The notes under the pieces are model-generated. The model saw only the letters and a program-made list of their open reading frames with translations. It did not search any database and was not told the DNA's origin. The translations under genes and the position numbers were made by a program. This document shows, in pieces, positions 42,101 through 50,767 of a DNA stretch of 64,000 nucleotides; position 1 is the stretch's first letter; each line of letters begins with the position of its first letter. The stretch lies in assembly GCA_963664435.2 (NCBI GenBank), contig CAXXKM010000003.1:832001-896000 (forward strand), written 5' to 3'. This stretch comes from Longimicrobiales bacterium. GTDB lineage: Bacteria > Gemmatimonadota > Gemmatimonadetes > Longimicrobiales > Gaopeijiaceae.

Positions 42101-42182
42101 TGAAGGTGAGGAGGTCTGCGGAGCGGCGTCGCCGCGCGCGCGAAGTCAGGGTGTTCGTGCCAGTGGACCATCGTTTCGTCAT
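39123..42182 (-). CDS. SusC/RagA-like TonB-dependent receptor (SusC3)
   Basis: [61 protein letters not shown], C-terminal Phe; probable start MTKRW at 42182. Confidence 0.92.
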   Translation of the reverse strand: [1019 protein letters not shown]

Positions 42183-42714
42183 GGATCCCCCCGGTGGTGA
42201 GAAGACGGACAAGAGCGAACTGAGGTGGGGGACGCAGGCCGGGTGGCCCCGGGCCTGATCGACGGATGGTGCGTCAGGGCCCTCCTTGGGTGGGGATGGT
42301 CAGGAAGCGGGCGTGGCCCGCGACTGCGGAGCGGCGGAATTCCGCCGGAGGGGAGGGAGAGGAATCCGGGCCCGGAGGAGCGTGGCAGACGCCGATGACC
42401 TGACCCTGGCCAGCGTCAGGTCATGGCCGCGAGACCGCAGGGAACCCTTGGAGCGCCGGTCCTCGGCGCGGTCACCGTCGTGCGCGACGGTGCGGACGGA
42501 CATCGTCCGGTACAGCATTTCAGTCTTCCCGGCTCCCGGTACACAGGGAACTTCGAAACTACGGCGCCCCGGGCCTGGGCGCCATCAGGAGCTTCACAGC
42601 CCGACCTCCGGATATCTTGGAAGGCTGCGTCCACTCCTTCGCGAAAACTCCGCCTGCGCGGCCCGGCTCTTCGGCTCTCATACCTGGCCCTTATCGGGGC
42701 CGTTGCCCGACCCC

Positions 42715-44688
42715 TCAGTACCTCACCCCCTCCAGCTCCTCCAGGTAGCCGACGCCGGGCAGCTCGGTGTCCTTGCCGAGCAGGTAGTAGTCGAAGAAGG
42801 CCTGCATGTCGGCGAGCATCTCCCGCGTGTTGTCGAAGCCGCGGACGTAGAAGTTCTCGCCGGGATATGCCTTGTAGCGGGCGGGCTTGTAGAGGCGCTG
42901 CAGCTCCCGGAAGAACTCCGTCATCTGCGGTGAGCCCGGATAGCGGCCCTCGCCGTGGAGCACGAAGACGGGTACCCGGGCGTCGGCGAGGTGGTAGTAG
43001 GGGGAGTTCGCCAGGTAGCGGTCCCGGTGCTCCTCGAGCCGCCCCATCTCCTTGCGCAGCTGCTGCAGATGGCGGAACTCGCCGTCCTCGAAGAAGGTGA
43101 CCCGGTCGCAGTAGCCGGACGCCGCGACCACGGCCTGGAAGGTCTCGCCGCCGAAGCTCACGGCCGCGCACGACATGAAGCCTCCGTAGCTGGTGCCCGT
43201 GGTGCCGATGCGCTCGGGGTGGACGTAGGGGAGGGTTCGCAGATGCTCTGCGGCGGCAACGGCGTCCGCGAAGTCGCACTTCCCCCAGCAGCCGTCGTTG
43301 GCCTCCTCGAAGTCGCGTCCGTAGCCGGAGCCGCCGCGCACGTTGGGAAGAAGGACGACGTAGCCGCGCTGCGCGAAGTACTGGACGGCGGGTTCGAAGG
43401 TGTCCTCCCATTGCGACGTGGGGCCGCCGTGGGTCCACACGATCGCGGGATGGCGGCCATCTTCATCGCCCAGGCCTTCGGGCGGTCTGTACAGGTACGA
43501 GGGAATCGTCAGCCCGTCCCCGCTGCGATACTCCACCCTCGTGGGCGCGATCAGGCGGTTCTCGACCCCCTCCACCGGCATCGAGTCCGTCAGCCTCGAC
43601 TCCTTCCCGGAATCGAGCGCGTGGACGATCAGGTCCCCGGGACGAGTCGGAGTTTCGAGGGTGTAGGAGATGCGGCTGCCGTCCGGAGACCACTGGGGCG
43701 CGCCGATGACCCCGGATTCGGGATCGGCGACAACGCGGGATTCGCCGCCTCGCGCGGTCGCGATGCGGAGCTGGTAGGTGCCCCCGTGGTTCTCGACGTA
43801 CGCGAACGAGTTGCCGTCGGGCGACCACGCTCCTTCGGTCTGGTCGGAGTGGGCCGGAGCAAGCGGCCGCGGCTCGCCCCCCGAGCGGGGGACGCTCCAG
43901 TAGTTGATCCACCCCGAGCGGTACGACGGGAAGATCACCGTGGAGCCGTCCGGCGAGACCAGCGGATAACCGAACGTGCCCCCTTCGCCATAGTCGAAGA
44001 AGTCCTCGTCCCTCACAACGGCGCGCTCTTCCCCTCCGTCCGCGGGGATTTCCACTATGGTGTGGTCCATCCATTCGCCATCGAGTCTCACGAAGAGGAC
44101 GGACCGGGAATCGGGGCTCCAGGTCGGGTAGACCTCCAGCTCCGGGCCGTCGGTCAGCCGGCGTGCCTTCCCCGAAGGGATTTCCACGGTCCACACGTCG
44201 TACTGGCCGTGGCGATTCCCGGCGAACGCGATACGGCTCGCGTCCGGCGACCAGGAATAGCCCTTGATCAACCGCCCGCCGTTGCCGGTGATGCGCACCT
44301 CCTCGCCGTCTCGCGGGGACCAGAGCCAGATCTCGGGGGTGCCGCTCTTGTCGGATACGTAGGAGATCCATCGGCCGTCCGGCGACCAGCGGGGTTCGGC
44401 CGAGGCGAGGAAATGACCGCTGCCGCCCGTCGAGACCGGCAGCTCGCTGATCGCGCCGCCCTCGGGACGAACGAGACGCAGGTTTGAGCCGCCCAGGAGG
44501 ATCCACGCCCCGCCGGGAGCCCAGCGCGGGGTCTCGCCGCCGACCCTGGACGAGATCGACAGGAGGGTCTCCACAGGGAGCGGTCCGGTCGCGTCCTGGG
44601 CCATCGACGACGCCGGGGGCGTCGAAGATGTCAGGGCAACGGAGAGGAGGAGCGGGATGCTGAGCAGGTTCTGAGTGCGTCGTCGCAT
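42715..44688 (-). CDS. S9-family (acylaminoacyl/dipeptidyl peptidase-like) protein with PD40 propeller; non-canonical catalytic residues
   Basis: Signal peptide, WSPDG repeats, HGGP, PNVRGGSGYG and nucleophile GTSYGG; the expected Asp and His motifs read LHGEGRYP and YPGENFYV. Confidence 0.85.
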   Translation of the reverse strand: MRRRTQNLLSIPLLLSVALTSSTPPASSMAQDATGPLPVETLLSISSRVGGETPRWAPGGAWILLGGSNLRLVRPEGGAISELPVSTGGSGHFLASAEPRWSPDGRWISYVSDKSGTPEIWLWSPRDGEEVRITGNGGRLIKGYSWSPDASRIAFAGNRHGQYDVWTVEIPSGKARRLTDGPELEVYPTWSPDSRSVLFVRLDGEWMDHTIVEIPADGGEERAVVRDEDFFDYGEGGTFGYPLVSPDGSTVIFPSYRSGWINYWSVPRSGGEPRPLAPAHSDQTEGAWSPDGNSFAYVENHGGTYQLRIATARGGESRVVADPESGVIGAPQWSPDGSRISYTLETPTRPGDLIVHALDSGKESRLTDSMPVEGVENRLIAPTRVEYRSGDGLTIPSYLYRPPEGLGDEDGRHPAIVWTHGGPTSQWEDTFEPAVQYFAQRGYVVLLPNVRGGSGYGRDFEEANDGCWGKCDFADAVAAAEHLRTLPYVHPERIGTTGTSYGGFMSCAAVSFGGETFQAVVAASGYCDRVTFFEDGEFRHLQQLRKEMGRLEEHRDRYLANSPYYHLADARVPVFVLHGEGRYPGSPQMTEFFRELQRLYKPARYKAYPGENFYVRGFDNTREMLADMQAFFDYYLLGKDTELPGVGYLEELEGVRY

Positions 44689-44918
44689 GGCAGTACTCCG
44701 GAAAGGCAAGATCATCAATCTGGCGCGCGCAGGCGCTCGGGCAGCGTGGACCGGAACTTGCTGCGAAATGTAGGACTGTGGCGGGGCGCGTTACCACCTC
44801 GGGATGCTCACGATCCGGATTCGACGGCTTCCGGGGTCGTGGTCGAAGAGCAGGCCGGACTCGAACCCGAAGGCCGGTGAGCGAGCCGTTGAGCAGAACC
44901 TGCACGTTGGCATCGAGC

Positions 44919-46772
44919 ATGCGCAGCATACGCGGTCGTCGCACACGCCTCCTCGCGGCTGCAGCCGTTACGGCAGCCATCTGGTCCTCCGCGTGCGGCG
45001 ACGGGGGGACGGAGCCCGCCCTCAACGATCCTCCTCACGCTGCAACGGTGGCGGTGGCGCCCGAAACCGCGACGTTCACGACACTCGGGGACACGGTCGG
45101 GCTTGCCGCGGAGGTACGGGACCAGGCCGGACGCGTCATGGCGGATGCGCGCGTGACCTGGCTCAGCCGGAATCCCACAGTTGCGGAGGTCAGCTCGGCG
45201 GGGCTGGTGACGGCGGTCGGCAATGGCACGACGGCGGTCGTCGCCCATACCCGGCTCTGGGAATTGCGGGGAGGCCGAATGCAGGCCACCGCCGAGATCT
45301 CGGATTCGGTGATAATCAGGGTGGACGCACCGACCTTCACCCTGTCCGGCACGGTGACCGACGGCCGGCGACCGAGCCTGGTCCTGCCCGGCATTCACGT
45401 GCGCCTGGAAGGGTGGAAGCGGACGACCACGACCACCGATTCCGATGGGCGGTACAGCTTCCCGAACGTCGAGGGGACCCTGCAGGTGACGGCTCATGCG
45501 GAGTTCAGCTACGTCAGCCAGACAGCGGAAGTGAACCTGGATGCGGACCGGACCCGGGACTTCGCAATGGAACACGACGGCGAGACGCCATTCAGCTCCA
45601 CATCGTGGATCTCGCCGTCCATCCTGGGACCCGACTCGACCCGGCTGCAAAGCGTGATGTACACCGGCCGCGGGATACGGACGGTATTTGACCGGCGGTT
45701 CGACGACTGGATCCGCACCAAGGCGTTCCTCTTCGACGCACACATCGCCGAACACGTAGTGGAATTCCGGGTCAATTCGGAGTTTGGCGACGTCGAGGCG
45801 GCGAGGACCGAAGTCGACAGGTTCGCCGCCGCCGTGGGGCGGTTGCCGGCGGCCTTCCTTTCGAATGTCGCCTCCTTGACAATCAATGGCGGCAGAGGTG
45901 CCTGGGGGGGAGGACTGGACACTGAAGAGGCCGGGATGATGCTGATTCACAAGCACTCGGCCTGGGACGCCATCCGCTTCGGCTTCCTCGAGGAGATCTT
46001 TCTGCACGAAGCCGCCCACGCTTCGCTGGATCAGCCTCACGCAAGAGCCGACGGCTGGCGCGCCGCGCAGGCGGCCGACGGCGTGTTCATTTCGGACTAT
46101 GCCCGGAACAATCCCGTCCGCGAGGACATCGCCGAGAGCGCCATCATGTACTTCGCCGTGCGGTATCGGCCAGAGAGCCTGACCCCCGGCGAGCGGTGGA
46201 TCATCCTGACGTCCATTCCCAACCGCCTCGCCTATTTCGAGGAGCAGGGCTTCGACATGTGGCCGTACGAGGCGACGGGTTCGCTGGTCCCGGGCCTCGA
46301 ACCCGGCTCAGTCGCCAGCAGTCTTCAGCGAACAGTGCTCCCCGCACCCGAAGCGGCGGCGGTTGCGGGCGAAGTTGCGGTATCCCCACGCGAAGAGGGG
46401 ACGTGCGAGGGGAAGCTGGAAGACCCAGCCCAGCCTTGGGCCGCGTGGGAGTATCCGCAGGAGTTGCTCAATGGCCCGTGCGCCCTCCCAGGTGCCGCGA
46501 GGAGCCGAACCCGGTTCCACCAGCTGCAACGCCTCTTCGAAGCGCGCCGAGTCGATCCAGGGGAAGCGCGCCGGCACTCCGTCTTCCTGATATGCGACGA
46601 TCTCGATCGTATTCGCCGGGTCGCGCCGCCGAAGGTAGTCGATGAAGCGCAGGCATACGGCGCAGTCGCCGTCGTAGATGACCGTGTAGGCGGCGGACGC
46701 GCGCGGGATCATATGCCTCGGGGTTGCGGGTACGAGTCGTGGAGAAACCTACCGCCACGGGCGAGACTGTGA
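44919..46772 (+). CDS. Lipoprotein: Ig-like + carboxypeptidase-regulatory-like + zinc metallopeptidase (HExxH...E) domain, with a long read-through tail
   Basis: Start MRSIRGRR; lipobox WSSAC; VAEVSSAGLVTAVGNG; TTTDSDGRYSF; FLHEAAHASLD and REDIAES. Sequence after about 46300 is antisense to the DCC gene. Confidence 0.75.
   Translation: MRSIRGRRTRLLAAAAVTAAIWSSACGDGGTEPALNDPPHAATVAVAPETATFTTLGDTVGLAAEVRDQAGRVMADARVTWLSRNPTVAEVSSAGLVTAVGNGTTAVVAHTRLWELRGGRMQATAEISDSVIIRVDAPTFTLSGTVTDGRRPSLVLPGIHVRLEGWKRTTTTTDSDGRYSFPNVEGTLQVTAHAEFSYVSQTAEVNLDADRTRDFAMEHDGETPFSSTSWISPSILGPDSTRLQSVMYTGRGIRTVFDRRFDDWIRTKAFLFDAHIAEHVVEFRVNSEFGDVEAARTEVDRFAAAVGRLPAAFLSNVASLTINGGRGAWGGGLDTEEAGMMLIHKHSAWDAIRFGFLEEIFLHEAAHASLDQPHARADGWRAAQAADGVFISDYARNNPVREDIAESAIMYFAVRYRPESLTPGERWIILTSIPNRLAYFEEQGFDMWPYEATGSLVPGLEPGSVASSLQRTVLPAPEAAAVAGEVAVSPREEGTCEGKLEDPAQPWAAWEYPQELLNGPCALPGAARSRTRFHQLQRLFEARRVDPGEARRHSVFLICDDLDRIRRVAPPKVVDEAQAYGAVAVVDDRVGGGRARDHMPRGCGYESWRNLPPRARL
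46308..46712 (-). CDS. DCC1-like (DUF393) thiol-disulfide oxidoreductase
   Basis: VIYDGDCAVC, EGARAI and YRNFARNRRR motifs plus a C-terminal CxxxC; CCGAGG RBS. Confidence 0.88.
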   Translation of the reverse strand: MIPRASAAYTVIYDGDCAVCLRFIDYLRRRDPANTIEIVAYQEDGVPARFPWIDSARFEEALQLVEPGSAPRGTWEGARAIEQLLRILPRGPRLGWVFQLPLARPLFAWGYRNFARNRRRFGCGEHCSLKTAGD

Positions 46773-46846
46773 CAGAAACGGCAACCGCGAGGCCCGATTC
46801 GCTATCTTTGCGCCGGAACGCATCCCTCTCGTCCCCATGGAGCAGC

Positions 46847-47785
46847 GTGGATACGGCGGAGTCCTTTCGCGAGCTCGAGCGGCGTCTCGGGCCGGGCCGG
46901 ATCGAGCGCGACGTGCCGCTCGGTCCCATGACGACCTTCAAGATCGGCGGGCCTGCGGACCTGTTCGTGCGGGCGCGCACCACCGACGAACTCGCGGACG
47001 CCATCATGGCGGCCCGGGAACTCGGGATTCCGCACTTCCTGTTGGGCCGGGGCGCGAACATTCTCGTCGGGGACGGCGGCTTCCGCGGGCTGGTGATCCG
47101 CTCGGAGGTGGGGGGCATCGATTTCCTCGACGATGTTTGCGTGCGCGCGGGCGCCGGGGTGGACAGCTTCCCGGACCTCATCCAGGCAACGGTGCACCGC
47201 GGACTCGGCGGGCTCCATCACTTCGTGGGGATTCCGAGCACCATCGGCGGGGCCATGTGGCAGAACCTGCACTTCCTGGCGCCGGAGCGGGACCGGACCG
47301 TCTTTCTCGAGGAGGTCGTGGAATCCGCCGAGATTCTCACCGAGGAGGGAGAGCGCAGGTGCGTCGACCTGGACTACTTCCGGTTCGGCTACGACTACAG
47401 CATCCTGCACGAGCGCGACGACATCGTTCTCACCGCGACCTTCCGCCTCGAGCCCACGCCGGCGCGCGAGCTGCGGCGGGTCATCCGCGAGAACCTGCGC
47501 TGGCGCGACGACCGCCATCCGGACCTGTGGCTGTACCCGTGCGCGGGCTCGATCTTCCAGAAGATCGAGGGCATCGGGGCCGGGCGGCTCATCGACGAGT
47601 GCGGGCTCAAGGGTCATGCCCACGGCAGCGCCCAGATCTTCCACCGGCACGCGAACATCATCGTGAACCTGGGCGGGGCGACGTCCGCCGAGGTGCGCGC
47701 GCTTATCGACCTGTCGCAGGAGACGGTGGCGCGCGAGACGGGCTATGAACTCACCCCCGAGATCGTGTTCGTGGGAGAGTTCTGA
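46847..47785 (+). CDS. murB: UDP-N-acetylenolpyruvoylglucosamine reductase
   Basis: TTFKIGGPAD, LGRGANILVGD, GIPSTIGGA, AGSIF, AGRLID.CGLKG, HANIIVNLGGAT and LTPEI motifs; GTG start after GGAG. Confidence 0.92.
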   Translation: MDTAESFRELERRLGPGRIERDVPLGPMTTFKIGGPADLFVRARTTDELADAIMAARELGIPHFLLGRGANILVGDGGFRGLVIRSEVGGIDFLDDVCVRAGAGVDSFPDLIQATVHRGLGGLHHFVGIPSTIGGAMWQNLHFLAPERDRTVFLEEVVESAEILTEEGERRCVDLDYFRFGYDYSILHERDDIVLTATFRLEPTPARELRRVIRENLRWRDDRHPDLWLYPCAGSIFQKIEGIGAGRLIDECGLKGHAHGSAQIFHRHANIIVNLGGATSAEVRALIDLSQETVARETGYELTPEIVFVGEF

Positions 47786-47788
47786 GGA

Positions 47789-49831
47789 CTACGGCAGACC
47801 CAGCGCCACATACTCCGCGGGGTGCTCGCTGCCGCCGATCGCGACCACGATGTACTGCTTCCCTTCGTGCATGTAGGTCATGGGCCCGCCGGTGGTGCCC
47901 GACGGGAGGTCCATCTCCCACACGACCTCGCCCGTCGTCTTGTCGTACGCCCGGAACTCGGTTCCCCAGTGAGTATCGGGGGTGCCGATGACCACGTCGC
48001 TGCCCTCGCCGATGAAGAGCAGCGCGGCCGTGAGCAGCGGCGCCGGACGGTTCGCGTTGCCGAGCGGGGGCAGATCCAGACCTTCGAGCAGCGGATGATC
48101 GTTGGGGGCGTCGCCGTTGGGCGCCATCCAGAGATGCTCGCCCCGGTTCATGTCGATGGCCGTGATCCGTCCCCACGGCGGTTTCACGATGGGCAGCCCG
48201 TCGATTTCCGCGCTGGGCCACCCTCCCTGAGTGCCGAACTCCATCTCGCCGGGTTCATCCGTCCTGGAGAGGCGCCAGACGTTGGGCAGCGTGAGGGACA
48301 CGGCATAGTAGGTCCCCGTCCGGGGATCGAACGCGCCGGTGTGCCAGTTGCCCGCGCCCCACGCGCCCGGAACGACGTAGGTGCCGATCTTCCCCTCGAC
48401 CGAGCCTTCCTCCATCGGGGGCGTGAACAGCGGCCCCAGTACCAGTGAATCCGCGAGGGCGAGAGCCCGCTTGTGGATCTCGGGGGTGAAGTCGATCAGG
48501 TCCTTCCCGGAGACGCCCTGGCGGTCGAACGGCGGCGGCCTGCTCGGGAAGGGCTGGGTCGGGGAGGTCGCCTCCCCGGGCACCTTCGACTGCGGGACCG
48601 CTCTCTCCTCGATGGGCCAGACGGGTTCGCCCGTGCGGCGGTCGAAGGTGAACAGGAAGCCCGTCTTGCTCGCCTGCATCACCGCGTCGATCGCGCGCCC
48701 GTCCACGTTGATGCGCCCCAGGACGGGCGGGCCGAGGGTGTCGTACTCCCAGATGTCGTGGTGCACCATCTGGAAGTGCCAGAGGCGCTCGCCGGTCGCG
48801 GCGTCGAGGGCCACGAGGCTGTTGGAGAACAGGTTGTCGCCGGGGCGGTGCCCGCCGTAGTACGCCGAGGTCGGGGCGCCCAGCGGCACGTAGACGATGC
48901 CCAGTTCGTCGTCGGCGCTGAGGCAGCACCACGAGCCCACGTCCCCCGACAGTTCACGGGATCCGTCGCCCCAGGTGTCCGCGCCGAACTCCCCTCCCCT
49001 GGGGATGACGTGGAAGGTCCAGACCTGCTCACCGGTTCGGGCGTCGAACCCGCGCACGTCCTCCGGCGCGCTGTCGCGCCATTCCGTGCCCGAGTCGCCC
49101 GCCCCGTCGACCGTGCCCGCGATGACGATGACGTCGCCGACCACGATCGGGCCCGAGCTCCAGTTGAACCGGTCGCGGCCCTCGGGCACGAGGTTCACGC
49201 TGCCGCCATCCCCGAACGACGCCACGGGCTTGCCCGTCCCGGCATCGAGCGCGTGCAGCCAGGATCCGCGCACGGAGATGATGCGTCCGCCGGCGTGCCC
49301 GTTGTCGGCACTCAGGTCCCGGACGCCGTCCCCGTTCCAGAAGGCGACGCCGCGGAAGCTGCGTCCGCGCGCGTTTTCCAGCGAAGCGGCGCGCTGGACC
49401 CAGCGAGTCTTCCCGGTCCCCGGATCGAATGCCTCCACCAGACCCACCGCGTTGGGCGCGTACAGCGTTCCGTCGACGAGAATCGGGGTCCCGCGCAGAT
49501 AGTTGTTGAACGCGAGCCCGGGGAACTCCTCCTGCAGCTGCGGGTCGACGCCGGGCCTGCTCCACAGGATCTCCAGCGACGCGACATTCTCTGCATTGAT
49601 CTGGGTGAGCGGCGAGTAGCGGTTGAAGGAGTTCTGGCCGCCGTAGTAGGTCCATTCGGCCGTCATCGGCGGGGCACCCCCGGGATTCTCCCCGGGCAGG
49701 TCATTCCCTCCGGGACCGCGGTCCGCGCAGGAGGAAGCCAGGAAGGCGGCCGTCATGACGAAGCAGGCGGCGAGCGCCATCCGGCTGCGGTGCGGGTTCG
49801 TTCCCGTGCCCTTCGCTCGACTCGTGCGCAT
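47789..49831 (-). CDS. PQQ-dependent dehydrogenase (quinoprotein glucose dehydrogenase-like), lipoprotein
   Basis: RYSPLTQINAENV, VRGFDARTG, GHRPGDNLFSNSLVALD, WHFQMVHHDIWEYD, PVWPIEERAVPQS, KPPWG and PMTYMHEGKQY motifs. Confidence 0.92.
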   Translation of the reverse strand: MRTSRAKGTGTNPHRSRMALAACFVMTAAFLASSCADRGPGGNDLPGENPGGAPPMTAEWTYYGGQNSFNRYSPLTQINAENVASLEILWSRPGVDPQLQEEFPGLAFNNYLRGTPILVDGTLYAPNAVGLVEAFDPGTGKTRWVQRAASLENARGRSFRGVAFWNGDGVRDLSADNGHAGGRIISVRGSWLHALDAGTGKPVASFGDGGSVNLVPEGRDRFNWSSGPIVVGDVIVIAGTVDGAGDSGTEWRDSAPEDVRGFDARTGEQVWTFHVIPRGGEFGADTWGDGSRELSGDVGSWCCLSADDELGIVYVPLGAPTSAYYGGHRPGDNLFSNSLVALDAATGERLWHFQMVHHDIWEYDTLGPPVLGRINVDGRAIDAVMQASKTGFLFTFDRRTGEPVWPIEERAVPQSKVPGEATSPTQPFPSRPPPFDRQGVSGKDLIDFTPEIHKRALALADSLVLGPLFTPPMEEGSVEGKIGTYVVPGAWGAGNWHTGAFDPRTGTYYAVSLTLPNVWRLSRTDEPGEMEFGTQGGWPSAEIDGLPIVKPPWGRITAIDMNRGEHLWMAPNGDAPNDHPLLEGLDLPPLGNANRPAPLLTAALLFIGEGSDVVIGTPDTHWGTEFRAYDKTTGEVVWEMDLPSGTTGGPMTYMHEGKQYIVVAIGGSEHPAEYVALGLP

Positions 49832-49972
49832 GGAGGCCTCCGTATCCGGTGCGCTGGTGTTCCGGCTGCTCGCGTGAACGTAACGTGCGGGGGCGATTCA
49901 CGCCCGAGGCTTAGTCTCAGTCGAACCGGCCCGAGCGGGGAGTCGATCGCGAGGCCTCGAGAAAGGACCCGG

Positions 49973-50767
49973 ATGCCCAGGAAAAGAAGCACAGAGCGGG
50001 GAAATCGGTCGCGACAGCGACGGGACTCTGCCGCCGAGCCGCTTCCCGATCCTGGTGCACAACGGATCCGGGCTTGGACCCGCGAGATCGGCCGCGACCT
50101 GCTCGCCGCGTCTTCCCGGATCAGCGAACCCAACTTCACCGCCATCCACCCGGACGACCTCGCCTTTCTCTTCAGGGCCTACGACCGGCGCTTTCTGGGG
50201 GACTTCGCGCGTCGGAGGCTTACCTCCGGAGCCATCGTATTTCGCCTGTCGTCGCGGATGACGCGCTCGGGCGGACAGACCACCCGCCGCGTGAGCGCCG
50301 ACGGCGGGGCCGACTATGAAATCGCCGTCTCCACCGAGATTCTCTTCAACGGCTTCGCGGACGGCGATCCCCCGGTCACCGTCGCCGGCATTCCGTGCAC
50401 GAACCGTCTGGAGGCGCTGCAGCGGATCTTCGAGCACGAGATCGTCCACCTGGTGGAGTTTCTCCGCACTGGAGGAAGCAACTGCGGGGCACGTCCCTTT
50501 CAGGAGCTTGCCCACCGCCTGTTCCGCCACCGGAATCACACTCACAGGCTCATCACGCGGGCGGAGCGGGCCGCGCAGCGTGGCATCCGCGTCGGTTCCC
50601 AGGTCGCCTTCGTATACCGCGGCAAGCGTCTCGCTGGCCGGGTCAACCGCGTGACCAAGCGCGCCACGGTGCTCGTCGAGGACCCGGAGGGCGAACGGTA
50701 TTCGGACGGCGGGCGATACCGGAAGTACTACGTGCCGGTCGCAGGGCTGGAGGTGGCGGGTGGATGA
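49973..50767 (+). CDS. SprT-like zinc metalloprotease with C-terminal SH3-like domain
   Basis: ATG after AAAGGA; SSRMTRSGG, QRIFEHEIVHL, GRVNRVTKRATVLV and KYYVP motifs. Confidence 0.75.
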   Translation: MPRKRSTERGNRSRQRRDSAAEPLPDPGAQRIRAWTREIGRDLLAASSRISEPNFTAIHPDDLAFLFRAYDRRFLGDFARRRLTSGAIVFRLSSRMTRSGGQTTRRVSADGGADYEIAVSTEILFNGFADGDPPVTVAGIPCTNRLEALQRIFEHEIVHLVEFLRTGGSNCGARPFQELAHRLFRHRNHTHRLITRAERAAQRGIRVGSQVAFVYRGKRLAGRVNRVTKRATVLVEDPEGERYSDGGRYRKYYVPVAGLEVAGG

